Shown here piece after piece: positions 11,060-24,099 of a DNA stretch of 64,000 bases. The notes under the pieces were generated by a model. The model was not told the DNA's origin and did no database searches. It saw nothing but the letters and a program-made list of their open reading frames with translations. The stretch spans positions 26,414,001 through 26,478,000 of the forward strand of contig CM052817.1 of the NCBI GenBank assembly GCA_028534125.1. The letters are read 5' to 3'. The translations under genes were made by a program, and so were the position numbers. This DNA is from Lama glama (lineage: Eukaryota). The stretch's first letter is position 1. Every line of letters begins with the position of its first letter.

Positions 11060-12250
11060 TGATTAGCAAAATATTTAGACATACAGAAAAATAGAATAGT
11101 ACCTTGAACTCATGTATATCCACCTTCTAGATTTAATAATTATTAATAACTTTGCTACATTTGCTTTATATATGTATATGTCTATTGTATATATAAATTT
11201 CCTGGATAATTTAAAAATAAATGATGACAAGTGAGATTTTTTCTTCTTTTTTTATTATACATTTGTGTTATAAATGTATATATTTTGGACTTTGATAAAT
11301 TTCATTTAAAGATTTAGCTTTAAATTTTTCCTTTAAAAATTTATGACATGTTATCTCTGACATATATGTTCCAGAAAAAGTATATTCTATATAACCACAA
11401 AACCATTATCCTTCCTAGCAAAATTACCAATAATTCTCTAATATATAATACACCATATTCAGATTTCTCTAATAGTTCCAAAAACATCTTTTATTGCCTT
11501 AAAAAAATACCAAAATCCAGTCAAGAGCTACCCATTGCATTTGTTATCTCTTGAGTCTTTTTTTTTTTTTTTTTCATTATAGAACTGTCTTTCTTACCTA
11601 CCCACCATGTTTATCACTCTCCCTCTCCTCCTCCATGATACAGAACTGTTAGCTTTGTTGAAAACATCTGACGTTTTGTATTGTGGATAGTTTCTTCATG
11701 GTGCAGTTTAACTTTTCCTCTATTCCCTATATTTTCTATAAACTAGACCTTAGGTCTAAAGATGTTTCAGATTCAGGTTAAACATTTTTGGAAGAGTACT
11801 TCATTTAGCAGTGCTGTGTACTCATACTGCTTCACTTAGACTCATACAATGTTTAGTTGTCACACCATTTGGATGCTGTGTTGATCACCAGGTAAAGGTG
11901 GTGACAACCAGATCATTTTATTGTTAAGTTATGTTTGTCTTTTTACTTCCAGCAAATAACCGGTGGCATGGTACCGTGGCACCAGGTGTATCTGTCATCC
12001 CTTCACTTAATGATTTTAACCTTCATTGATGATTGTTGATGATTCTTGATCAGCTATTTAATTGTGGTTTACAATATGGTAATTAGTTTTGGACTCTATT
12101 GCATAGTTGTCTTCAATAAAAAAGAGGTTTCCCTCATCAATTAGAGCTATTTTGTTAACCTTGAAATAATGTTTTACTGAAAAGGCAGAATAAACTCTTG
12201 GTTCTTTCCGTTTATATAACCATTTCCAGAGTGTAATGAGTTTGGTCTTT
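11060..12250 (-). mobile_element. Ancient L1ME-like 3' fragment
   Basis: Motifs ataaccacaaaaccattatc, aaaattaccaataattc and ggtaaaggtggtgacaaccagatc. Confidence 0.55.
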
Positions 12251-12398
12251 TTAACTTTGCATTCTCTTTGGAATAGGATTATGTATTTATATTATAAATA
12301 TTATATATATTTTGGACTTTGATTCTGAATTATAGTTTGATGTAGATTTGCTTTTGTTATATAAATATATACTATATCATCATTTACTTTTTTTATAG

Positions 12399-12498
12399 TA
12401 AGAAGACATTATGTTGGATAACAGGAAGAGCTGTAGAATTTGCAGGTATCAGCTGTCACCTTAATAAGCACATTGACAGCATCATTGCCAGACAGATG
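12399..12498 (+). other. N4BP2: Probable non-coding exon 2 (5'UTR)
   Basis: Pyrimidine tract plus TAG acceptor (12396-12398; alternative AAGs at 12402 and 12405); strong donor ATG|GTAAGT; unique, higher-complexity sequence in an AT-rich intron. Confidence 0.75.
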
Positions 12499-14904
12499 GT
12501 AAGTATTATTAAAGTCATAGAGTAAGTATGTTTTACACATAGTTTTTCAAGCTTTTATTTACATATTTGAGTGATTTAAAAAAAAATCTTATAACAAGGA
12601 AAATGTAATCACAGATTTTGTGACCAGAATTTCTTAGTTTGTGGTTGTATAAAATATGTTGATCCAAGAAATCTAAAGAACTATATTGCGGTTTTCCCAT
12701 TTAATGTGTGTTTTAGTGTTTTTGCTTCTGAAATGCCACTTCTTGCTGCTTTGTATTTTACACATTGTAGCCATCCACAAATATTATTTGTGTACCTGTT
12801 TTATGTATGGGACTATGACTAAAAGCCAGATCGGAGTAGTATGTATCATCTATATTCTCAAGGAACATGGCTAATTGGGGAAATAAACATGTACAGATAA
12901 AAATATGTCAGTAAAAGTAATGGTGTGAGACTCTAAGATAACTAAGCAAGATTAGTACCGGTAGTAAGTAATGAAGGATTATAGAAAGTGTTGAAGAATT
13001 ATAGAGAAACATACCTTCCTGTCACTCTTTAGCCCAAAGCTATATGTCATTCAGCAACTGTTAATTCCCCTTGAGTCTATGTCTCAGCGATGTTTCTGGT
13101 TTCTAGATTCTCCCTTCAACTTTTTTATAGCTGCATAGTATACCAAAACATGATTTTCTTTTTTTGGTGCCATGATTTATTTAACCAGACTTTATCAATA
13201 TTTAGAATGTCTTCAGTTTTCACTTCTAATAGTTCTTATGACAGAGATATATATCTTAAGATTATTAGTTACCTTAGTTTGGTTACATTTTCTATACATA
13301 CTGTCTTTTTTAGTGACACTCTGGTACCTTGATAAGTTTAGTGTCTTCCTCAGACTTAATCACAGCAGTATTTTGTAGGTAACTTAATCCCCTGTAAAGA
13401 CTGATTATTTTGGTTGTTAGTAGCAATTGTCTCTGGGAGAAATGTTTTCTGACCTTGTCTGGTATTGTGCCATGTTCTCTGACTTTCCTATACAGAGAGA
13501 TGCTTTTTGTTTTTGTTCCTTTTTTGATGTTTTTAAAGAGCTAAAATATTAGCAATGTATTTAATTGTATCAATTTTCTTAGACCTATTCTTTCTAGATA
13601 GTTGATATTGAGTATTAAATAGAATATCTTTCTTGATTATTAGAGAAATTTATTCTGGATATTTTTCCATAGAGGTAAGTTATTTAAAATTACTAGTCCT
13701 TACAGTACACACATGTAACAGACTAATTCATAAAATGATACGGGAAATTTTTTAAGTGTTAGGATGTTGATGATAGAGTTTTCAGTAGGAGGATATTTTT
13801 TCCCCCAAGTGGTGCTTACTGTATATCCACTTTAATGGCAGTACTGACCATTGCCATACCATTGTTAGAGTTCATATTCACTATTATTTATAGATTTCAT
13901 GTTCACCCTCAATTTTTTCTTAATGGTTAAAAGAACAGGTATCCTTATTTGTTTAAAAAAAAAGCACAAACTAGAGTTGTTAAGACCTCTGCTTACCATG
14001 CTGGAATATTGGTAAACTGTGAGCAAATATGTATTAGTTATGTTCTCTCAGGTTAAAATTGAGTAATAGAGTTAGAAAAGTTTGGAAAATGTGTATATGA
14101 AATTTATATATTCATGGTATCACTATTAATAAAAATTTATATTATTTGTTTTTAGGTTCTTCATTTGAGAATCAGTCCTCCCACATTTCTCCATTATATA
14201 TTAAAACTTACTTACCCATCCTTATTTCCCATATCCTTTTAGAATATTTAGGTCAGGTATGTATGTGAAGAAGCTGCACAAGCTTGTTTAAACTAGTATA
14301 TTAATAAGACTCTTGTTATGAAAAAAGGAAGTTCTATAAGATCAGGTGATAATTAAATGTGAACATTAAGTGAATAAATGGGATTGAAATAAGCTGGATA
14401 TACAAAGTGATTGGAAGGTAGTATCAGCTACTTATGTTTTTATACATAAGAGTTTCCTCTCTATACTAAATACTGGTTGGATACTTACACTGCTTATATG
14501 TTTAGATCTTTTTCCACATAGATAGACACAATGAAAAAAGAGGTGAAGGGCTCTATAGTTTGCTAGCTGGAGGAAGTATACAGGGAGGTACAAGATTTAG
14601 CTTTAATTGATGATAGTGATTGTTTTTTCTCCCTATTATGCAAGAATGTATGTATTATAGATTATTTGGAAAATGCAAAAGTAGTATATAAAAAAAGTAG
14701 TAGATAAAAATAAAGTTACCATTACCCAGGATTTCCATTCTAGTCTAATATAGTCCAGTCCCCTTTGGTATCTGTATAAATTATATTAAGTTTTGTGTCT
14801 TGCTTTCTTTTTTAACATCATTAAAAAAACTCCAATTAAGTAGTATCCAAAATATAGTATTTAATGGCTGTATAAAATTCTGTCTTATGAATCTACAAGG
14901 ATAT

Positions 14905-15090
14905 TGTATTTAGTGTGGTCTAACAAACCTGGGTTCAGATCTTAGTTTTGCTGTTTAAAAGCCTTAAGCCTGATACTTACTTTTTCTAGTCCTTAGTTTT
15001 CTTATTTGCAAAATAGGCATAATATTACTTACTATTTTAAGAATTAAGTAAAATTGTGGTCTTAACATTCTAGCTGGAATATGTTAAGTA
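14905..15090 (+). mobile_element. MIR SINE remnant
   Basis: acctgggttcagatcttag... ccttagttttcttatttgcaaaatagg core. Confidence 0.6.
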
Positions 15091-15589
15091 TTTAATTATA
15101 CTATCACCAGAAATTATTTTATCATTACCTTCTCACCAGATATTTAGTTGTTTTTCAGTTTTCCTTTGTAAAAAGTTCTGGTATTTTCAACATCTCTTTA
15201 TAAATTCTTATATAAATCTGTGATTTTTTTTTATGATGAATTCCTGGAAGTGGAATCATTAGGTCAAAGAATATACAGAACCTAAAATTTCTTGATACAT
15301 AGTGCCATTTTGCTTTTCAGAAAGGTTATACCAGTTTATACTCATCACAATGTATTGATAATTTTTATTTTACTATAGCCTTGTCAACACTATTATTATT
15401 TTAAAAATTATTATTTTTATTTAATAGGCACTATAACAATATTTTAATTCCATCTTATTTTATCTTTTAATGTAGTTTTAGTAATGGGGTTAAACTTTTT
15501 AATGTTTATTGAGTATTTGTTTCTTCTTAGAATCTTGTATTTACTGCTTTCCCATTCTTTTTGCTTCTTTTTCCCTGCCTTAATCCTTC

Positions 15590-16410
15590 CTTTATCCAGC
15601 AAGAATTGATTGAATGCTTACATGTGCTAGACATTGTTTTAGTACTGGTATTTAATTTTGGTACTTATTACGGTTTAGTGATGGCAATGTAGGAGTGAAC
15701 AGAATTGACAAAAAAAATTTGTTTTCAAAGAGTTTTACTTTCTAGTGTCAGAGTATACAGACATTAAACAAAATAAACATCTAAATTATAGAGTAATAAT
15801 TGCTTTGGAGCAAGAAAATAATAAAGAGGAGATGGAGAGAACTTTTGTGTGTGTACAGTTTTGCACTGGGTGGCTAGGGAAAGCCTCATAAAGGTGCCAT
15901 GAGTAATGTCTTGTAAGGAGTAAGTCAGGTGGGTATCTGAGGGGGGAAGTACATTTCAGGCTATGAATCAAGTGTAACAGCAGTGAAGTTAGAAAATACT
16001 GGATGAGTTTAAGAAAGAGCAAGAGGGAGAGTATCAAGAAATGCTTTGAGAGTTATTGGGGAAGTTCATTTCAGGCTATGAATCAAGTGTAACAGCAGTG
16101 AAGTTAGAAAATACTGGATGAGTTTAAGAAAGAGCAAGAGGGAGAGTAGCAAGAAATGCTTTGAGAGTTATTGGGGAAGTTCATTTCAGGCTATGAATCA
16201 AGTGTAACAGCAGTGAAGTTAGAAAATACTGGATGAGTTTAAGAAAGAGCAAGAGGGAGAGTAGCAAGAAATGCTTTGAGAGTTATTAGGGAACCAGACT
16301 ATTTAGGACTGTAACTAGGCCATTTTAAGAACTTGGGCTTTTGCTCTGCATGAGGTACGAGCTATTGAAGGTTTTAAAGTAAAGGAGTGCCTAGATTTGA
16401 CTTATGATCT
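15590..16410 (-). mobile_element. L2 fragment (continues at ~17360-17830 and ~19640-19800 after L1 insertions)
   Basis: Purine-rich antisense L2 motifs (ttgaatgcttacatgtgctagacattg; ggccattttaagaacttgggcttttgctctg). Confidence 0.6.
15952..16293. repeat. 115-bp tandem repeat, 3 near-identical copies
   Basis: Units start at 15952, 16067 and 16182; about two substitutions among them. Confidence 0.97.
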
Positions 16411-17345
16411 GTTGATTCAGCATGGTCCCTGTCAACATTCCATCTGACTTTGCAGCAGTTCACAAGCTGATTCTGAATTTCACATGGAAATGCAGGGGGT
16501 CCTGAATGTCTTGGAAAAGAAGAGCAAAGTTGGAAGACTCAGCATTTCCTAATTTTAAAACTAATGGCAAAGCACAGTAATCAAGACAGTGTTCTAGTTG
16601 CATAAGCGTAGACATATAGATCAATGAAATAGAATTGAGAGTCAAGCAGTAAACCCTTATACTTACAGTCAGTTGATTTTTCAAGTGGTACCAAGACCAT
16701 TCAATGAAGAACGAAGTCTTTTCAACAAATGGTACTGGGGCAACTGGATATTCCACATGCAAAAGAATTAAATGTAAGAATGAAAACTATTAAACTCGTG
16801 GAAGAAAACAAAGGTATATATCTTTTTGAACTTGGTTTGGGCAGTGGTTTCTTAGATAGAACACCAAGAGTGTAAATGACAAAAGAGAAAAATAGGTTAA
16901 TTCATCAAGATAAAAAAATGTGCTTCAAAGGACACCATCAAGAAAGTGAAAAGACAGCCCACAGACTGGGAGAAAACATTTTATGTTTGATTAAAGGACT
17001 TGTATTCAGAAAATATAAAGCTCTTACAGCTCAGTAATACAGACAAGTAACCCTTATATTTAAAAATGGACAAAGAATCTGAATAGACATTTCTTCAGAG
17101 AAGATACACAAATGCCAACAAGCATCTATGTGACAGTCAGCAACATTAGTCATTAGGAAAATGCAAGTTCAGATCACAATGAGATACCATTAGGATGGTC
17201 ATAGTCAAGAAGACAACAGGTGTTGGTGAGGACCTAGAGAAATGAGAATCCCCATACAACACTGGTAGATACTGAAAATGGTGTAGCCACTTTGGAATAC
17301 AGTTTGGTAGTTCCTCAGAAGGTTAAACAGAGTTACCATATGATC
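16410..17345 (+). mobile_element. L1M ORF2 3' fragment, sense orientation
   Basis: caagctgattctgaatttcacatggaaatgc, aaaggacaccatcaagaaagtgaaaagacagcccacag; degenerate. Confidence 0.85.
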
Positions 17346-17839
17346 TGAATTTATTTTGAATTTAGAACTGGCAAGATTTGCTGAATGATCAGACATGAGA
17401 TGGGAGGGAAAGAGGAGGCAAAAACATCTCAGTTTTCTTGGCCTCGGCAACTGAAAATTTCTGTTGCCAGGACTGTAGTTAGGGCAGATCTGCGGTGGAG
17501 GATCAGAAGATCACTTTTAGACATCTTTGGTTTGAGATGTCTAATTAGTTACACAAAGTGGGGGTACTTAGTGGGTAGTTTGATGTGGGTTTGGAGTCAG
17601 GGAAGAGGTATAGTTTGGAGATGTAAATTAGCATTTTGTTAGTGTTTAAAGCCATGAGATGGAGAGATCACCAAAGGAGTGGGTAAGCTGGGAGCACTCC
17701 ACTGTTTCCAAGTTCAGTGATGAGAAAATCCTGAGAGTGGCACTGTCCTGAGAAAAAGTTAATGTTAGGGTGGTCTTTGGTGGAGGGATTTATCAGCTGT
17801 GTAAATCCCACTAATAGGTCTATGTCATTAGATTTAATT

Positions 17840-19610
17840 TTATTTTCTCAGTGTTGGTATTAGAGAGATATACAATTACAATCCAGCAACCTTGCTAAAT
17901 TATCTGGGTAATCCAACAGATAATCTGTAGATTCTTTTGGATTTCATATACACTTGATTGTATTGTCTGTGAGTAACAATGGTTCTATTTCTTCCTTTCC
18001 AGTTCTTAGAATTTTTATTTCCTTTGAGTCTTAATGTGCTGGCCACGCCCTCTGGTACAATGTAGCAGTGTAGAATGGAAGTGGTGATAGCCGTCATTCT
18101 TGTCTCATTTCTGATTGTAGATGGAATGCTTTCCATATTTAACAATTAAGTATGAGGGGTGTGTGTGTGTGTGTGTGTTTTCTTGGTAAATGCCTTTATC
18201 AGTTCCTTTCTCTTTCTAGTTTGTGCAGTTTTTTTTTATCATAAGTGGATGATGAGTTGGTTTTGCTACATATATTGAGTTGATTTTGTGACTTTATTTT
18301 GTTAACATCAGGAATTGCATTGGTTGACTTTCAAATATTGTTAACAACTTTATATTAATATAAATTCGCATTGTTTTTATCAATCACTAATATAATTTTT
18401 ACATTTTATGTAATATATCATTCATATAATTTCTGTATTACTACTTCAATATTTTGTTTAGGAATTTTGCATCTATTTTCATGAATAAAATAGGCCTGTA
18501 GTTTTTCTTTCTTTTAATACCCTTGCAAAGTTTCATTATCAGGGTTATGGTGGCCTCATAAAATGAGTTGGAAGTGTTTCTTGTTTTTCTAGTCTCTGGA
18601 AGAGTTTGTATAAGATTGGTATTAGAGATTATTTAGTGAAATTAATTGATGAAGCCATTTAGGCCTAGGGTTTTCTTTGTGGGAAGGTTTTAAGTTACAG
18701 ATTTCACAGTTCGTTAGTAGATATAGAACTATCAGATCTTTTTTTTTTATATCAGGCATGGTATGCTTATTTTTAAAAAAATAATATGCATTTCATTTAA
18801 GTTTAAAATTTATGGGAGTAAAATTATTTATGATGTCTTCATTTTTTTTTTTTAATGTCTGTGGGCTTGACAGTGATGTCTCCCTTTTCATCTCTGATAC
18901 TGGTTATTTGTGCCTTTTCTCTTTTTATTTTTTGACCACGCTTGCCTGGGACTTATCATTCTTAATAGTGCTTTTTTTAAAGACAGGTTTTTTTTTTTTC
19001 CCCGAAGAGCCGTCTTTTGACTTTGTTAATCCTCTCTAATGTGTAGCTGTTTTCTGTTTCTTTTTGCTCTTTATTATTTCTTTCTTTCTAGTTTCTTTGA
19101 GTTTGATTTGTTGTTTTTTCCCCACCTATTTGTTGGATGCTTACATCATTAATTTTTTAGTCTTTCTTTTTTTCTAATATACACATTTTAATGCTCTTCT
19201 TCTATGCATGACTTTAGTTGTATCTCACAAGTTTGGATATATATAATTTTTATTTGGTTAAAACTATTTTCTAGTTAATATTAATAATTTTAAAAGTTAT
19301 TAATATTTAACACAATGAATTCTTATTTGATATAGAAATATATTTCTTAATTTTCAAATAATTTTGTATTTCTAATTGGATTTTTGCTATTGGTTTCTAG
19401 CATAATTCCATGTGTACTTGAAAATAAAGTTGTTTTGTCCAGTGTTGTATAGATACAAGTCAAGTTATACTTACTGTGTGGCTCAAATCTATGTCCTTAC
19501 TGTTTTTTTCTCTCCTTTCTCCTCCTCCTCCTTTGTGTGTGTTGTGAGGGTTGGGGTGAGAGGGTGGGGCCCTCCTTGTTCTAATAGTTACAGAGACAAG
19601 GGTTTTATTA
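17840..19610 (-). mobile_element. Old L1M ORF2 fragment (contains (TG)n ~18158-18178)
   Basis: Antisense ORF2 RT-region motifs (atccagcaaccttgctaaatt; ggcctcataaaatgagttggaagtgtt). Confidence 0.75.
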
Positions 19611-19978
19611 GTTGAATGCAAACTTAGAATTGCTTTTTCCCAGTGGATTAGACCTTTCATCTTTGACTTTCATTTTTGACATGAAGATCAGTGATGATTT
19701 AGATAAGAGCAATTTTAGTGTAGTGGTAGAAGTAGTGGGGACAAAATCCTCCTTGACAAAGAATGGAAGGAGAGAAATTGGAAACAGTTGCCATATGTTA
19801 TACATATTTTCCCCTAATTTTTTTTTTGATAGACAGGTATTTTACATTCATGCAAATGTGGCCAGATGTGTTAGTACTTCTTTTTCTTTGTGACCTCCAA
19901 TTTGTACTTTTTTTATAAAAATAACTTATTTTCCTAAAATGGGATATTCACTTGCTCCCTGGAACTTATATTCTAAAA

Positions 19979-22900
19979 CAGTGCTGTCCAATAGAATTTA
20001 CTGTATTTATGGAAAAGTTTGCTGTTTTGCAATATGATAGTCATTAACCACATGTAGCTATTGAGCACTTGAAATGTCACTAGTGTGACTGAGGAACTGA
20101 ATTTTTAATTTTATACGCTTTTTTTCAAAAGCAAACTTTCTTAGATTGTAGATTCACATGCAGTTGTAAAAAATAATACAGAGAAATCACCTGTGCTCTT
20201 CATCCATTTCCCCCAGTGAAAGAAGCATGTTTGCAAAACTGTTGTATGGCTTCACAACCAGGATATTGATGTTGATACAGTCAAGATACAGAACATTTCC
20301 ATCATGAGAATTCCTCAAGTTACCCTTTTACAGCCATACCCACTGCTCCCCATTCATACCCTCTGCTTAATCTTTGGCAACCACTAATCTGTTCTTTATT
20401 TCTATACCTTTGTCATTTCAAGAATGTTAAATAAATGGGGATCATTCAATATATAGCCTTTTGGGACTGACTTTTTTCACTCAGCATAATTCTCTGGAAT
20501 TAATTGAGGTCTTGTGTATCAATAGTATGTTTGTTTCTGTTGCTGACTAATATTTCATGGAATTGAAGTATCATAGTTTGTTTAGCCATTTACCCATTGA
20601 AGGACATCTGAGTTGTTTTCTGGTTTTTGCTTATAATGAATAAAGCTGCTACAAACATTTGTGTACAGGTTTTTGGGTGAACATAATTTTCCATTTTGCA
20701 GAGACAGATGCCCAGAAGTGCAATTGCTTAATTGTGTGGTAGTTGCAGGTTTAGTTTAAGAAACTGCTGAACTGTTGTCCAAAGTGGCTTTGTCATTTTA
20801 CATTCCCAAGAGTAGCATATGAGCCATCCAGTTTCTCTGCATCCTTGCCGTGATTTGGTGTTGTCATTATTTTTTATGTTAGCCAACTTGGTAGATATGT
20901 AAGTAATATCTCATTGTAGTTTTAAATTGCACTTACTTAATGGCCAGTGATGTTGGATATCTTTGGTGTGCCTGTTTGTCATCTGTATATCCTTTTGGTG
21001 TGTTTTTTTTTTCTGCCCCCCCCCCCATTTTCTAATTATTTGGTTTTGTTTTTGCTGTTGCATTTTGATAAAAATTTTAATATGCATTTAAGATAGTAGT
21101 CCTTTGTCAGGCACGTGGTATGCGAATATTTTCTCTGTAGCTTATCTTTTTATCTTTTTAATAAGGTCCTTCACAGAGCAAAAGTTTTAAATTTTAATGA
21201 AGTACAATTCATCCATTTTTCCTTTTATAGATCACACTTTTGGTATTTTTGCCTAGCCCTAGATCCTGAAGATTTTTTTGCTTTTTTTTTTTCTAAAAGT
21301 TTTATAGTTTTATGGATTTTAAATCCTTGATCCATTTCGAGTTTTTTTTTTTTTTTAAATAAAATGTGAGACTTAGGTCGAGGTTTTTTTTTTTTATCTG
21401 TGGTTGTATACTTACTCTAGTTCCATTTGTTGAAAGGCTATCTTTTCTCCATTGAATTGCTTTTGTACTTCTGTCAAAAGTCAGTTGTACATATTTATAT
21501 TAGTCTGTTTCTGGGTTCTCCTGTTTCCACATCTATAATCTGTTGTCAGATCTATATGTCTGTCCCTCCACTGACACCATACATTTTTGATAACTGGTTT
21601 TATAACAAGACTTAAAATTGAGTTGACCGAATCCTCTCACTCTGTTTTCTTTCAGATTGTTTTAGCTATTCTAGTACCTTTGTCCTTCCATGTAATTTAA
21701 GAATAATCTTGTCCATATCCACAAAAAATCTTGCTGGGGTTTTGATAGGAACTGCGTTAAACCTGTATATCAATTTGGGGAAAAATTGACATCTTTACTC
21801 TGTTGAGTCTTACAATCCATAAATATGCTATCTTTCTATTCATTTACATCTTTTATTTCTTTCATCCCTATTTTGTATTTTCAGCATGCAAGTCCTGTAT
21901 ATGTTTTGCTAGATTTATACCAGAATATTTGTTTTTTTAGCATTTATGAATCATATTGTATTTTTAGTTACAGTGTTCACGTATTCATTGTGGAATATTT
22001 AAATATAGTTGCTTTTATGTGTTTATCTTGTATCCTGCGCTTTGCTGAACTCACTTATATGTTGAAGGTTTTCTTGATTCCTCAGGATTTTCCACATAGA
22101 AAACTATGTCATCTAAAAATAGGGACAGTTTTATTTTTTCCTTTTGAATCTGTATGTCTTTTATTTCCTTATCTTGCCTTGCTTCACGGGCTAGAGCTTC
22201 CAACATTGTTTAATAAGAATGGTAAGAGTGGAGATCCTTGCTTTGTTCCCAATCTTAGGAGGAAAGTGTATAGTATTTTACTGTTAAATAAAATGTTATC
22301 TGTAGGTGCTCTTAATGAAGTTGAGGAAGTTCTCTTATATTCCTATTTTTCTGGCAGTTTTTAATCAGGAATAGGTATTGAATTCTGTCAGATTTTTTTC
22401 TTCATTCATTAATATGATTGTGATTTTTCTTCACTAGCCTGTTAATATGGTAGATTATACTGATTTTTGAATATTGAACCAGCCTTGTATCCCTGGAATA
22501 AACCTCACTTAACCATGATGTATAGTTCTTTTTTAATAAATTGCTAAATTCTATTTGCCAATATTTTGTTAAGTTTTTTTTTTCTACAGAGCTGATTATT
22601 TTATATAAAAACTCTAGAAAGTTCATGACTAGTCATGTTAAGGATTTTTATGTCTGTATTCATGAAGGATATTGGTTTGTAATTATTTTTTTTTTATACT
22701 GGCTTTGTTTGATTTTGGTATAAGGATGACAATACTAGCTTCATAAAATGAATTAAGAAGTGCCCCCTCTTCTGTTTTTGGAAGAGATTATATAGAGTTA
22801 GTTAATTATTCTTAAAAATATTTGGAAGAATTCTCCATTGAAGGCATTTGGGCCTGGAGTTTCTTTTTTGGGAGTTTTAAAATTATGAATTAAATTTCAC

Positions 22901-24056
22901 TAGAAATCATAGGGCTTTATCTATTTCTTGTTGGAGGAGTTGTGGTAATTTGTGGTTTTTGAGAAATTAGTCCATTTCATATAAGATGTCAAACTTCTGC
23001 ATGTATAATTGTTCATAGTAGTCCCTTAGTCTTTTGGTGTCTGCAGGATCTGTAGTGATGTCCCTTTTTTTCATTCCTGATACTGGTAATTTGTGCCTTC
23101 TCTCTCTTTTCTTTGTCGGTGTTGCTAGAGGTTTACCAAGTTTATTGATGTTTTCAAAGAACCATCAATTTGTTTCATTGCTTTTTCTCTATTTTTCTTT
23201 TTTTAGTTTTATTAATTTCTGCTCTGATCTCTATTATTCCCTAACTTCTACTGGCTTTGGGTTTATTTTGCTCTTCTTTTTCTAATTCTTGTGGTGGGGG
23301 CTTAGGTTATTGATTTGAGACTTTTCTTCTTTTCTAATCTATGCATTTAGTAAAAATGTGCTATACATTTCTGCCATTGCTGCTTTAGCTGTGTCCTACA
23401 CATTTTGATATGGTATGTTTTTATTTTCATTTATTTCAGTGTATATAAAAATTTTCCTTGAGACATCCTCTTTGACCCATGGATTATTTAGTATATTGCT
23501 TATGTTCCCAGTGTTTGGGGATTTTCCTATTACCTTTTTGTTATTGATTTCTGGTTTGATTCCTTTGTGGTCAGAGAACATACTTTGTTGTTCTTTTAAG
23601 TTTGTTGAGGTTTGTTTTATAGTCCGGGATATGGTCTATTTTGGTATAAGTTCTGTGGGCACTTGAAAAGAATATGTATTCTGCTGTTGTTGGAATGTTC
23701 TATAAATTTTGTTTGATGGTATTGAAAAATTGATGTTATTGTTGTTCTGTATCCTTGCATTAAAGTCTTTAAGTATAATTGTGGACTTGTCTATTTCTCT
23801 TTTCAGTTCTGTCAGTTTTTGCTTCACTTGTTTAGTGGCTCTGTTGTTTGATGCATACACATTTAAGGTTGCTGTGTTTTTTTGGTAGACTGATCCTTTA
23901 TGATTGTATAATATTCTTCTCTGTCTTCTGGTGATTTTTTATTTTTGCTCCAAATTCTGCTTTATTTGATATTAATACATAAAAATGTAATTTTATTTAA
24001 TTTTAATTAATTTAAATAGGCACATGTGGCTGGTTGCTGCCATATTGACATTGCAG
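19979..24056. mobile_element. MER3-like hAT-Charlie MITE split by an L1 (halves 19979-20114 and 23988-24056)
   Basis: Terminus cagtgctgtccaataga and tattgacattgcag end; 8-bp hAT-type TSD ttctaaaa (19971) / ttctggaa (24057). Confidence 0.75.
20115..23987 (-). mobile_element. ~3.9-kb L1M (3'UTR to endonuclease region), inactivated
   Basis: Minus-strand ORF remnants resemble L1 ORF2 endonuclease (YASNNRATKQVKQKLTELKREIDKSTII; FSDHKGIKPEINNKK); TSD taattttat at 20106-20114 and 23988-23996. Confidence 0.9.
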
Positions 24057-24099
24057 TTCTGGAAGATGGAGAGAACTATGATACAATAAATTTAATTAA

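Noticed and set aside
15952..16293. Regularly spaced repeats as a CRISPR-like array
   Set aside because: Head-to-tail identical units with no unique spacers; mammalian intron; no cas genes
21825..22364. Hydrophobic 'membrane protein' ORFs (also 54120-54521 and others)
   Set aside because: By-products of T-rich antisense L1/SINE sequence
20115..23987. Active reverse transcriptase/endonuclease gene
   Set aside because: Only short frameshifted L1 ORF2 remnants; 5' end missing
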